Positions 24,963 to 34,925 of a stretch of DNA of 64,000 nt are shown here, one piece after another. The stretch's first letter is position 1; the number at the start of each line of letters is the position of its first letter. The position numbers and the translations under genes were made by a program. The stretch lies in contig OZ025668.1 of assembly GCA_964019335.1 (NCBI GenBank), forward strand, positions 372,001 to 436,000, given 5' to 3'. This stretch comes from Diplonema japonicum (lineage: Eukaryota; Protista; Euglenozoa: Diplonemea). Below the pieces are notes generated by a model that was not told the DNA's origin, searched no databases, and saw only the letters and a program-made list of their open reading frames with translations.

Positions 24963-27257
24963 TTACACTCCCTGAACAAGGTAAAGGTTCATGTGCCAAC
25001 CGCCACCACAAAACTCGCTGCTGTCCCCAGAGCAGCGCTTGTTGCACCTCCCCTCAGATGCGGGAGATGTAGGGGTGCTGTTCCCACACCAACACTCGCT
25101 GCTGTACTGGGCTCCTGCATACTTGTACCCGTTGTGCTGGCAGGTTTTGGTGCATTCCTCGACGGTGTTCCCGCTCCCGTCCCTGTACGCCCGTGTGTCG
25201 AGCTGCCTGTTGGAGTGGTAGTCCTTGAAGCAGCCGATGTACGACACAATGTCCTTTGCAGGGACAGGACGCACCGCGTACACCCTGTTCCTGTAACTCC
25301 CGCCGCAGGCCTCCGAGTTGTCCCCCAGGCAGGGCTCGGAGCACTCCGAGATGGTCGTCCTCTTCGAGGTGCTGAGGTCGTTCCCGCACCTGCACTCGTC
25401 GTTCCACTGCATCGCTGCATAGGTGTACCCGTTGTGCCAACAGGTCTTCGAGCACTCCCCGACCGTCAGCTTCGACGAAGAAAAGGCGAGGTGGGGGAAC
25501 CTTCTCGAAGAGGAGGAATCCTTGAAGCAACCCTCCAAAGCAGGCGTCATCGGCGTCGCCAGAGGCTTCAAGCTGTAGATGGTGTTTGCATAGGACCCGC
25601 CGCAAATCTTCGAGCTGTCTCCCGTGCATGGCTTGTTGCACCTCGCAGGGTCGGCGCGGGTAGACGTCGAGAGGTCGTTCCCACACCAGCACTCCCTCCC
25701 TGCCTGGGTTCCGGAGTAGGTGTATCCTCTTGCCTGGCAGACGGTTGCGCACACCTCGTTCGTGAGCCCCTCGGTGTCAACATAAACAAAGGTAAGCCTC
25801 CTGGAGGAGGAGCTGTCCTTGTAGCACCCTTCCCAAACAGGGGTGTGGACAGGCTCCGGAGCCGTGTACTGGAACACCTTCATCCTGTACCTCCCACCGC
25901 AGTTCGTTTTCGAGTCCCCCGTGCACGCCAGCTCCTCGCAGTCCTCGTCGGGGTGGTGCACCCCTCTCGACACGTCGTTCCCGCACCAGCACTCCTCCCC
26001 GAACTGCGCCCCAGAGAAGGCGTAGTTTTTCTTGTGGCACCTCTCAGAGCAGGACTGGAGAGTGTTCTCGTCGCCCTTGTAGGCGAGGTGCGGCAGCAAC
26101 CTGTTTCCGATCGAGTCAGCGAAGCAGCCGGTTTCCCAAACAGGGGCGGGGGTGGGAGCAGGGGTCGGGACAGGGGTGGGCTGCGGTGTGGGAGCGACGG
26201 TCCAACTGCAGGCGTCGTAGTCGGAGTCGGGGACCCAGACCCCTTCCCCCATCCCGTTTGTCTCGCACTTGATCTTCCCCGCGCTCTGCTGGTTGTCGAA
26301 CCCGCTGCAGGTGTAGAAACACTTCGTCCCAGCAATGTTCAGAGTGGAGCAGGGAGATGCAACCCCCACAATCCCAGCGTCGATGGCCGCGTTGTTCCCG
26401 GAAGCGGGGAGCTGGCAGACCGCGCTGCTGGAACAGGTGAAGTCGGGGTTCCAGGCAGCCGTCCCGTCCTCCTGGTCGATGCACTCCAGGAGCCCGATCT
26501 TTTCGAACCCGGAGCTGCACTGCGCGTGGCACAGCGTCCCCGCCTCGATCACACGGGAGCTCCCGTCGCAGGACGACAGCGAGGCTGGGACAACGTTCCC
26601 CGTCACGGAGGGGGGAGGCGGGGTGGTGCACCGAGGGGGACCCGTGATGACCGAGATCTCAAAGGTCCAGGCGTGTCTCGTCAGGGAACAGGGGTAGGCC
26701 GAGTTGCAGGGATCGAGGTTCTGGTCCGTGTTCGTGAAGTGCGTCTTGTAGCTGCCCGTCTCGACGAACTGGTTGTCCACAATAACGAAGTAGTAGTCCA
26801 CCATCCTCCTGTTCTGGTAGCGGGGGTCGGTCATCACCATTTGGTCTCCTCGGAGCCCCACCGCGTAGTTGGGGAGCTTCGTGTTGGTGTCCGCGTTGTA
26901 GCACTCCACCGCACTGTCAGGGAAAATGGGTACCTTGCCATTGGGGTCCCTCGAATCCAGACAGTGGGTCTTCAACACATCTTCAAAGGCCTGCACGGTC
27001 GACCCTGCATTAGGAAGGTTGCTGGCACTCGGCTTGCAAACATTCGAAAACGGAGACGAAATCACACGGGCGCTTGGGTCCTGGATGTGGACCTGGCCAC
27101 GAGGGTCTGAGCCGCCATGGTAGTAAGTGATGAACCAGAAAGCGAAGGTGTTGGGCTGCTGCTTCGATGTGGCGCTGCACACCACGTTCAAGTGTGCCTC
27201 TGCACTTCCTGAAAGGAGCCCCAAGATGAGGGCTGTTGTCAACATTGTCCGTTCCAT
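24963..27257 (-). CDS. secreted protein: His-terminal N domain, Cys-rich sushi-like repeats, four WSC domains (paralog 1)
   Basis: Signal peptide MERTML...SAEA; four repeats of GCF/Y.D...R....C...C...GY.YAG.Q...ECWCGN...C...C.GD....CGG; PT linker. Confidence 0.9.
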   Translation of the reverse strand: MERTMLTTALILGLLSGSAEAHLNVVCSATSKQQPNTFAFWFITYYHGGSDPRGQVHIQDPSARVISSPFSNVCKPSASNLPNAGSTVQAFEDVLKTHCLDSRDPNGKVPIFPDSAVECYNADTNTKLPNYAVGLRGDQMVMTDPRYQNRRMVDYYFVIVDNQFVETGSYKTHFTNTDQNLDPCNSAYPCSLTRHAWTFEISVITGPPRCTTPPPPSVTGNVVPASLSSCDGSSRVIEAGTLCHAQCSSGFEKIGLLECIDQEDGTAAWNPDFTCSSSAVCQLPASGNNAAIDAGIVGVASPCSTLNIAGTKCFYTCSGFDNQQSAGKIKCETNGMGEGVWVPDSDYDACSWTVAPTPQPTPVPTPAPTPAPVWETGCFADSIGNRLLPHLAYKGDENTLQSCSERCHKKNYAFSGAQFGEECWCGNDVSRGVHHPDEDCEELACTGDSKTNCGGRYRMKVFQYTAPEPVHTPVWEGCYKDSSSSRRLTFVYVDTEGLTNEVCATVCQARGYTYSGTQAGRECWCGNDLSTSTRADPARCNKPCTGDSSKICGGSYANTIYSLKPLATPMTPALEGCFKDSSSSRRFPHLAFSSSKLTVGECSKTCWHNGYTYAAMQWNDECRCGNDLSTSKRTTISECSEPCLGDNSEACGGSYRNRVYAVRPVPAKDIVSYIGCFKDYHSNRQLDTRAYRDGSGNTVEECTKTCQHNGYKYAGAQYSSECWCGNSTPTSPASEGRCNKRCSGDSSEFCGGGWHMNLYLVQGV

Positions 27258-27484
27258 GGTTTTTTTTTCTCTTTTCTTTTTTTTTAAACTGAAAGTGTGT
27301 GTATTCATGTGACACAAACAACTATAATGAGAGAGAGAGAGAGTGATAGAAGAAAGGGGTAAGGAATAAAAAAAGGGGAGTAGGGTAGTCTTCCTTTCTT
27401 TTATTTTTTAATTACCCGAAGGCAAAAAAAAAAAAAAAAAAAAAAGAAAAGAAAAAAAACTTGTTGTTCGATCGAGATGATGAT

Positions 27485-27518
27485 GAACCTGCAGTATGTG
27501 TGTGACAGGATCGCCTAA
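27485..27518. repeat. dispersed palindromic short element, copy 2
   Basis: GAACCTGC-AGTATGTGTGTG-ACAGGATCGCCTAA (spacer expanded by TGTG); absent at the paralogous position ~23010. Confidence 0.8.
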
Positions 27519-28695
27519 GATAGAAAAGAAAGACAAAATAAAAGGCCTCTTGTTACTCACACATCGGTGAAAAAATCAGAATCTATTCATCTAACCACAA
27601 AGTGGAGCGATAAATAGCTGATGGCACTAGCGTGTAGCTGAGACAAAAACAAATGAGAGGAAAATAAAGAAGATCAAAAAAGAAAAGAAAAAAAGAGGGA
27701 AAAAAGAGACATTTAAAGAACAAACAAACAAAAAGTACTTCTTCTTCTTCAAGATTCGTCAACATTCTCTTTGCAACAAATCATCAATATCAATATTATA
27801 TGTGAGAAAAAAACACAACGCACACGGCAACCAAATAACTTTTACAGGGTACCGTGTGCATTGTTTTTCTCATATTATGCTCTTAAAAAATTGATAAATC
27901 TTAATTGAAAAAGAAACTCCAGACAAACTACAATTTGTTTTGTGCACACAGTACAAACCATGAGACACCAACTCTTTTTTTTGTTTTTTTTTTTTTGTTT
28001 TCTAACAAGAACTGAACAGCACTTGTCAAATACGAACGAGAAAAAAAAGGGGGGGAAAGGGGGGAAAGGGGTTGTTGAGAGGGGACAGGGGCTTTTTTAA
28101 GTTTTTTGATTTTGTTTTTGTCATTATTTCTTTTAGAATCATTCTTTTTTGAATCATGGTTTAAAATATCGTGTTTCAATTGCAGGGAGAAGTAACAGAG
28201 GCCACAGACAAAAGTAAAATAAATTAAAAAAAAAACTCATTCACACACAAAGGCAATAAGGGCTAATCTTGGGGCGGGGTGGGGGGTTGAGAATAACGAC
28301 CCTTATGTCTTTTTGCTGTCTGCACGAGTAAACATAAAAGCTACTTGAGCACTCGTTTTCATTTTTTTTTTTTTTTTTTTTTTGCTCGTCACACACAAAG
28401 AAAGTTGCACAAGGTAATAAAAAAATCATGGTTTTCCTTCTCAAAAAACGAAGGGAGGAAGCAAAAAAAAAAAAAAGAAAAAAAGCAATAAAAAAAAGAA
28501 GAGAGAGGAAAGAAAGAAAAAAAAGAGAAAAGAAAAAAAAATAAGAAAAAGAAGAATAATTGTGTTTGTGTACCTGCTGACAGGGGCTCATTAAAACACT
28601 ATCCCTCTTTCCCTCCTTTTTTTCCCCTCCCTTTTTTTTTCATCTCCTTTTTTTTTTTTTTGTTTCGTATATTTTTCTTCTTGTCTTTTTTTATT

Positions 28696-30957
28696 TTAAT
28701 CTCCCCGAACAAAGTAAAGGTTCATGTGCCAACCGCCACCACAAAACTCGCTGCTGTCCCCAGAGCAGCGCTTGTTGCACTTCCCCTCAGATGCGGGAGA
28801 TGCAGGGTGGGTGTTCCCACACCAACACTCGCTGCTGTACTGGGCTCCTGCATACTTGTACCCGTTGTGCTGGCAGGTTTTGGTGCATTCCTCGACGGTG
28901 TTCCCGCTCCCGTCCCTGTACGCCCGTGTGTCGAGCTGCCTGTTGGAGTGGTAGTCCTTGAAGCAGCCGATGTACGACACAATGTCCTTTGCAGGGACAG
29001 GACGCACCGCGTACACCCTGTTCCTGTAACTCCCGCCGCAGGCCTCCGAGTTGTCCCCCAGGCAGGGCTCGGAGCACTCCGAGATGGTCGTCCTCTTCGA
29101 GGTGCTGAGGTCGTTCCCGCACCTGCACTCGTCGTTCCACTGCATCGCTGCATAGGTGTACCCGTTGTGCCAACAGGTCTTCGAGCACTCCCCGACCGTC
29201 AGCTTCGACGAAGAAAAGGCGAGGTGGGGGAACCTTCTCGAAGAGGAGGAATCCTTGAAGCAACCCTCCAAAGCAGGCGTCATCGGCGTCGCCAGAGGCT
29301 TCAAGCTGTAGATGGTGTTTGCATAGGACCCGCCGCAAATCTTCGAGCTGTCTCCCGGGCACGGCTTGTTGCACCTCGCAGGGTCGGCGCGGGTAGACGT
29401 CGAGAGGTCGTTCCCACACCAGCACTCCCTCCCTGCCTGGGTTCCGGAGTAGGTGTATCCTCTGTCCTGGCAGACGGTTGCGCACACCTCGTTCGTGAGC
29501 CCCTCGGTGTCAACATAAACAAAGGTAAGCCTCCTGGAGGAGGAGCTGTCCTTGTAGCACCCTTCCCAAACAGGGGTGTGGACAGGCGCCGGAGCCGTGT
29601 ACTGGAACACCTTCATCCTGTACTTCCCACCGCAGTTCGTTTTCGAGTCCCCCGTGCACGCCAGCTCCTCGCAGTCCTCGTCGGGGTGGTGCACCCCTCT
29701 CGACACGTCGTTCCCGCACCAGCACTCCTCCCCGAACTGCGCCCCAGAGAAGGCGTAGTTTTTCTTGTGGCACCTCTCAGAGCAGGACTGGAGAGTGTTC
29801 TCGTCGCCCTTGTAGGCGAGGTGCGGCAGCAACCTGTTTCCGATCACGTCGGCGAAGCAGCCGGTTTCCCAAACAGGGGCGGGGGTGGGAGCGACGGTCC
29901 AACTGCAGGCGTCGTAGTCGGAGTCGGGGACCCAGACCCCTTCCCCCATCCCGTTTGTCTCGCACTTGATCTTCCCCGCGCTCTGCTGGTTGTCGAACCC
30001 GCTGCAGGTGTAGAAACACTTCGTCCCAGCAATGTTCAGAGTGGAGCAGGGAGATGCAACCCCCACAATCCCAGCGTCGATGGCCGCGTTGTTCCCGGAA
30101 GCGGGGAGCTGGCAGACCGCGCTGCTGGAACAGGTGAAGTCGGGGTTCCAGGCAGCCGTCCCGTCCTCCTGGTCGATGCACTCCAGGAGCCCGATCTTTT
30201 CGAACCCGGAGCTGCACTGCGCGTGGCACAGCGTCCCCGCCTCGATCACACGGGAGCTCCCGTCGCAGGACGACAGCGAGGCTGGGACAACGTTCCCCGT
30301 CACGGAGGGGGGAGGCGGGGTGGTGCACCGAGGGGGGCCCGTGATGACCGAGATCTCAAAGGTCCAGGCGTGTCTCGTCAGGGAACAGGGGTAGGCCGAG
30401 TTGCAGGGATCGAGGTTCGCGTCCGTGTTCGTGAAGTGCGTCTTGTAGCTGCCCGTCTCGACGAACTGGTTGTCCACAATAACGAAGTAGTAGTCCACCA
30501 TTACTGCGGTATGGAAACCGGGGTCGGTCATCACCACCTGGTCTCCTCGGAGCCCCACCGCGTAGTTGGGGAGCTTCGTGTTGGTGTCCGCGTTGTAGCA
30601 CTCCACCGCACTGTCAGGGAAAATGGGAACCTTGCCATCGGCGTCCCTCGAATCCAGACAGTGGGTCTTCAACACATCTTCAAAGGCCTGCACGGTCGAC
30701 CCTGCAATGGGAAGGTTGTCGACATTCGGCTTGCAAACATTCGAAAACGGAGAAGAAATCACACGGGCGCTTGGGTCCTGGATGTGGACCTGGCCACGAG
30801 GGTTCGCGTCGTCATCATGTTGGTAAGTGATGAACCAGAAAGCGAAGGTGTTGGGCTGCTGCTTCGATGTGGAGCTGCACACCACGTTTAAGTGTGCCTC
30901 TGCACTTCCTGAAAGGAGCCCCAAGATGAGGGCTGTTGTCAACATTGTCCGTTCCAT
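28696..30957 (-). CDS. secreted protein: His-terminal N domain, Cys-rich sushi-like repeats, four WSC domains (paralog 2)
   Basis: Near-identical to paralog 1, with a shorter PT linker and patchy N-domain differences. Confidence 0.9.
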   Translation of the reverse strand: MERTMLTTALILGLLSGSAEAHLNVVCSSTSKQQPNTFAFWFITYQHDDDANPRGQVHIQDPSARVISSPFSNVCKPNVDNLPIAGSTVQAFEDVLKTHCLDSRDADGKVPIFPDSAVECYNADTNTKLPNYAVGLRGDQVVMTDPGFHTAVMVDYYFVIVDNQFVETGSYKTHFTNTDANLDPCNSAYPCSLTRHAWTFEISVITGPPRCTTPPPPSVTGNVVPASLSSCDGSSRVIEAGTLCHAQCSSGFEKIGLLECIDQEDGTAAWNPDFTCSSSAVCQLPASGNNAAIDAGIVGVASPCSTLNIAGTKCFYTCSGFDNQQSAGKIKCETNGMGEGVWVPDSDYDACSWTVAPTPAPVWETGCFADVIGNRLLPHLAYKGDENTLQSCSERCHKKNYAFSGAQFGEECWCGNDVSRGVHHPDEDCEELACTGDSKTNCGGKYRMKVFQYTAPAPVHTPVWEGCYKDSSSSRRLTFVYVDTEGLTNEVCATVCQDRGYTYSGTQAGRECWCGNDLSTSTRADPARCNKPCPGDSSKICGGSYANTIYSLKPLATPMTPALEGCFKDSSSSRRFPHLAFSSSKLTVGECSKTCWHNGYTYAAMQWNDECRCGNDLSTSKRTTISECSEPCLGDNSEACGGSYRNRVYAVRPVPAKDIVSYIGCFKDYHSNRQLDTRAYRDGSGNTVEECTKTCQHNGYKYAGAQYSSECWCGNTHPASPASEGKCNKRCSGDSSEFCGGGWHMNLYFVRGD

Positions 30958-31129
30958 TGTTTTTTTTTCTCTTTTCTTCTTCTTTTTTTATATTTTTGTG
31001 GCTTGTTTTTTTTTTTTTTTTTTTTTTTTATTCTTTCTTAAAAACTGAAAGTGTGTAACGTAAGGTTCTGCCGTTTTCAAATTAAACAGTAAAATACTAC
31101 TGGTTACTAGTGTTATTGTTAAAATAAAT

Positions 31130-32535
31130 CTACTCCCGCAGGCTTCGTTGCCTTTTTTGAGATTCGCTGCCTTCTTCGTGTAAGGGATCTGCTGTCTCCT
31201 CTCTCGACCTCTCACTGCCGACCCTGTCTCTTCTTCTCCGTCTCGATCTTCTCCTGTCTCTGTAATTGTCATTGCTTCTGTCTCTATTTGTTCTGTTCCT
31301 CTCGTGAGACCTGCTGTCACGCCGCCGCCGCCTCCGCTCGCATGACCTCTCTCTCCGTCGCCCCCCGTCAGAGCTCCTGTCTCTGCCTCCTTTTCTCCTG
31401 TCACGGCTCTCTTTGCTTTCGTTTTGGATAGGCCCTTCTGTCCGTTCCGTTCGGGACTCTTCCTTTTTATCCGCGGTCGTTTCGACTGCCAACTTCTCAG
31501 CTTTGTGCTGCCACTCACGACGTGCTTCCACCTCAGGGTCGACTGGAGCAGCCAGCTTCTCAGGCACAGACAGTTTCTGCAGTCGAGCTAGTCTTTTGCG
31601 TTCAGCTGTTAACCTTGAGACATGTTGCAAGCAATACCTTCGCTAATATCCGACACAGGCTCCTTGATATGTGCTGCCTTCCATTTCTGCCATAAAACAC
31701 GGACCTGTGCGGATTGCTTTAACGATCTGTCGATACCTCTGCCTCGAGCTTCATGTTCACTTCTTCCAGCTTGTCTCTGTCCATCGTGATTTCCTGTAGG
31801 TGGGATGAATGTCTAAAATAACACGCACCTTCCGCCTCACGAACTGCGTGATGAACGCCCTGTCGTCGACGGAGACCGACGCCTGCATCGTGAAGTTCTT
31901 CACCTTTGCCAACGGTGCGTCAGCAGGTGCCGTGATCGACACGGAACTGAGCAACCTGTTTGAAGGCTGTGTTTGTACACACGGGTGACATACTTGAGTG
32001 CGTTATGGCTGCTTTGGGCACCGGTGAACGTAACCTTGAGAATGGGCGAGTCCATGGGGCCAAGGGGCGCAGGGGGCTCGTCCAGCGTAATGGAAGACGT
32101 AGGGCCACAGATGTCCAGAAGTTCTTTTGTAACCTCTACAATGGCGGGGACATCAACCCCCGCAGGCAGTGCAACCACAACAGGCACCGGCCGATCATGC
32201 AGAGCCCGCTGTTGCATTTGCAGTGCATGGATGTGAACTGGTTGCTCGACAGGGGGAGGCGGCGGAGGTGGGGTGAGAATTCCATTATGGTGATGCTGGT
32301 GGTGGTGGTGGTGATGGTGATGGTGATGGTGGTGATGATGGTGGTAGCTCTGGTGCACGTACCCTGGCATGTAACCAGGGTGCGGGGGATATGGCACACC
32401 ACCCATGTACGGAGGGAGAGGTGGCGGGACAGGATGATGCATCCCATATGGAGGGGGCGGGAGGTATCCATGCATCATATGCGGCGGCCCCCCTGGGGGA
32501 GGGTACCCCGCCATGTTCCTCCCTCCTGAAAACAT
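31130..32535 (-). CDS. RBM25/Snu71-like RNA-binding protein (Pro/His-rich N-terminus, RRM-like segment, RE/RS-rich tail), 5 exons
   Basis: Introns 31956-31993, 31794-31828, 31705-31736 and 31606-31637 join ORF fragments in frame; LLDICG...VTF......AL.LL resembles the RBM25 RRM. Confidence 0.6.
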
Positions 32536-32650
32536 AGGAAAGCATCAACAAAAAAAACAAACAAAAAAAAAATACTAAACAAGAGATAGACAACGACTCA
32601 TCAAGGGAAAAAGAAAAAGAAAATGAGAGATGTGGAACGGACATTCCTAT

Positions 32651-33832
32651 TTAGAAGCCGTCCCTGTGAAGATAGTCAGCGGCCTTCACGGTGATGACGA
32701 AGGTGAGGCTGCCCTTTGCGTCGAGGTAGTTGTACTTGATAAGGCGGTCACGGGAAATGAGGCGGCGCCAACCCCAGCCAGCAATGCGCCAGCGGGTGTT
32801 GGTTGGGGCGATGGAACGGAAGACAGAGAGTGAAGGGTTTGTCGGGTGCTGGATCTCAACAGTGTATTTTGCGATGCTGTCAGTGGTCTTGTAAGCCCCG
32901 AAGGTAAGAGAACCTTGGGTATTGCCATCTCCATTGGGGTACACTCTGCATGTCCATTCGTCGCCGACAGAATCTAAAAAGCTTTTCGATTCGAGAAACC
33001 TGCAGCTTTTTGCAACAAAGTGCGGGATCTTCCATATCAGCCTCCCCACCTCGGCGTCCCCTCCCACTCTTCTTACAACGAAGTCCCCGTTCAGAGTCAT
33101 GTCAAGCACGTCACAAGACGACACCAGCCTTCCTTTCAACATCACAATGGTGTCTTCCAAGACCTTGCATCTCTCTGCCAGTGGATTGGATCGTACCCTG
33201 TGGGGGCAGACCTTCTCGTGTAGATCTATCTCAGATGCTTCAAGTCGTTTCTCGCATCCGAACTGATAGTACGGGCACCACATAAGGGTGTGCTCGCAGA
33301 CTGAGAAATGTGCTTCTAAAGCTGACCTGGGAAGCATGGTTGGGCAATTCTTGTTAGGGCAGTTTAGTAGGGCCCCTTGGCAGGTTGAGGTGTGGTGTGC
33401 GGTGTCTTTTACGAGAAAGGAGGCGTGGCATTTTGGACAGAGAGCTTTGCAGAGATCGTGCAATGCGGAGTCTTTTGCACGGTGTTCCTTGTTGCAGCCC
33501 TTGCAGATGATGAAGCGCATGTTTTCCTTGCAGGTTTTACGGTGTGTTTCGTAGTCTTCAAGGTGTCCTATCCACTCGCACTCCCTTGTCTCTCCGCACA
33601 TGACCGGCAGCTCCCCAATCATCTCACGCCTTGTAATGTCGTTGAAAACGCCTTCCTTGATGTTCTTCCTGCACAGTGGGCAGACCTTCACCTTCGCCAG
33701 GCACGCTTTGCAAAACCCTGTCTGGCAGTGTAGGTGAAAAACCGCTTCTTTTAGAACCAGAAAACAAATTGGGCACTTTAGCTTGCTGGAGACACTGTCC
33801 GCGTCTATGAAGATGTTTTCTGGGTGGCCCAT
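32651..33832 (-). CDS. TRAF-like protein (RING, TRAF zinc fingers, coiled coil, MATH)
   Basis: CPIC...FCKAC...CPLCR RING; repeated CP..C...H...C fingers; MATH motifs WKIPHF, W...VYPNGDG, GWG..RLIS, YL...GSL. Confidence 0.9.
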   Translation of the reverse strand: MGHPENIFIDADSVSSKLKCPICFLVLKEAVFHLHCQTGFCKACLAKVKVCPLCRKNIKEGVFNDITRREMIGELPVMCGETRECEWIGHLEDYETHRKTCKENMRFIICKGCNKEHRAKDSALHDLCKALCPKCHASFLVKDTAHHTSTCQGALLNCPNKNCPTMLPRSALEAHFSVCEHTLMWCPYYQFGCEKRLEASEIDLHEKVCPHRVRSNPLAERCKVLEDTIVMLKGRLVSSCDVLDMTLNGDFVVRRVGGDAEVGRLIWKIPHFVAKSCRFLESKSFLDSVGDEWTCRVYPNGDGNTQGSLTFGAYKTTDSIAKYTVEIQHPTNPSLSVFRSIAPTNTRWRIAGWGWRRLISRDRLIKYNYLDAKGSLTFVITVKAADYLHRDGF

Positions 33833-34925
33833 TTTTATTCCTTTTTTATCTTTGCGTGTAAAAATACTGAGTTTTGGTGTGGTTTTTGAAAACTTGCAGA
33901 AGAATATAAATAAAATAAAAAAAAGATGGGAATAAAAAAGAGTAGAGCATAAATCTCCACTCGTTCATCGTGGTGGCAAAAACAGAGCCGAGAGCCACGA
34001 GATGCAACAAGGTTACCTTCTTCGCTTTCAATATTGACAGAAAAGGAGAGAGAAAACAAAAAAAGAAAGGCGAATAAGGCAAACGCGGCATTTGGTAAAC
34101 AGAAGCTAGGGGACCTGGTTTTACTTGTTTTTGTTATCTAAAGGACATGAGTCAAGACCAAGGTGGCACGAATGGAAGTACTGTCGAAAGGGTGAGAAAA
34201 GGATGAACAAAAAAAAAAAGAAATTACTATGGGATAACGAAGTGGTCAGCAACTACCCACTGCAGTGGCGTGCGCACCTTGTACGAAAAAGGGAATTTCT
34301 CTTTTCTCTTTCTCCTCTAGCTTGTTCACAGGCACTGGGGATGAGTATCTTTTTTTTTTTAATGCCTATAAAAAGCTATCTTCCTTTTCTTCTTTTTTTC
34401 TTTTCGAATGAGCACACGCAGGCAAAAAAGCCTTTCGAAATAAACAAAAAAAAATCGCGGCAGAGAAAAAAAAAATAAATAAAAAAATGGAGATAGCATT
34501 TTTTTTTTCCCCCCTTGCAGCCGAGAATAGTTTTGGGTAAAGTGCCTAAGAGCGAAGAAAAAAAAAAAAAAAAAAAAAAAAGAAAGAAAAAAATCGATCT
34601 TAACGTGACATAAGTCAAACGGCGCTCAGTATGTCCACCACAGTGCCGGCTCCAAGTGGTGGTCTCCGCTTCCTCGCGAAGCCAAAAATACGATTCATTT
34701 CACCCCCGTTTTGAAAGGTCTGTTCGTGCCTAGGGATGACAGTCCCTCGTGTTGCCCTATTTTCGAGCCATCACCCTTGGCACAAGCTGCCAGACCCAGC
34801 GCTAACCTAAAAGATCGCGGACAGAAGGGAGGAAGAAAAAAAAAAAAAAAAAAAAAAAACGATTGGGGGAGGAAACAAACAAGCAAACAAACAACAACAA
34901 AAAACCTTTTTTTTTTCCGTCCCCC

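Larger units (their letters stand above)
22910..31060. repeat. tandem segmental duplication (two units, each intergenic DNA plus a WSC gene)
   Basis: Unit A ~22910-27300 and unit B ~27340-31060 share flanks (GTGATAGAAGAAA, GATCGAGAT, CACATCGGT, CTACAATTTG, AAACTGAAAGTGTGT) and near-identical CDSs. Confidence 0.9.

Noticed and set aside
24945-30891. Long plus-strand ORFs of 721 and 743 aa
   Set aside because: Exact antisense shadows of the GC3-rich WSC genes, starting in poly(T), with no domain signal.
34620-34810. Complex-sequence patch downstream of the MFS gene as a separate gene or ncRNA
   Set aside because: Only very short ORFs and no recognisable RNA motif; may be a terminal MFS exon or UTR, which cannot be resolved here.
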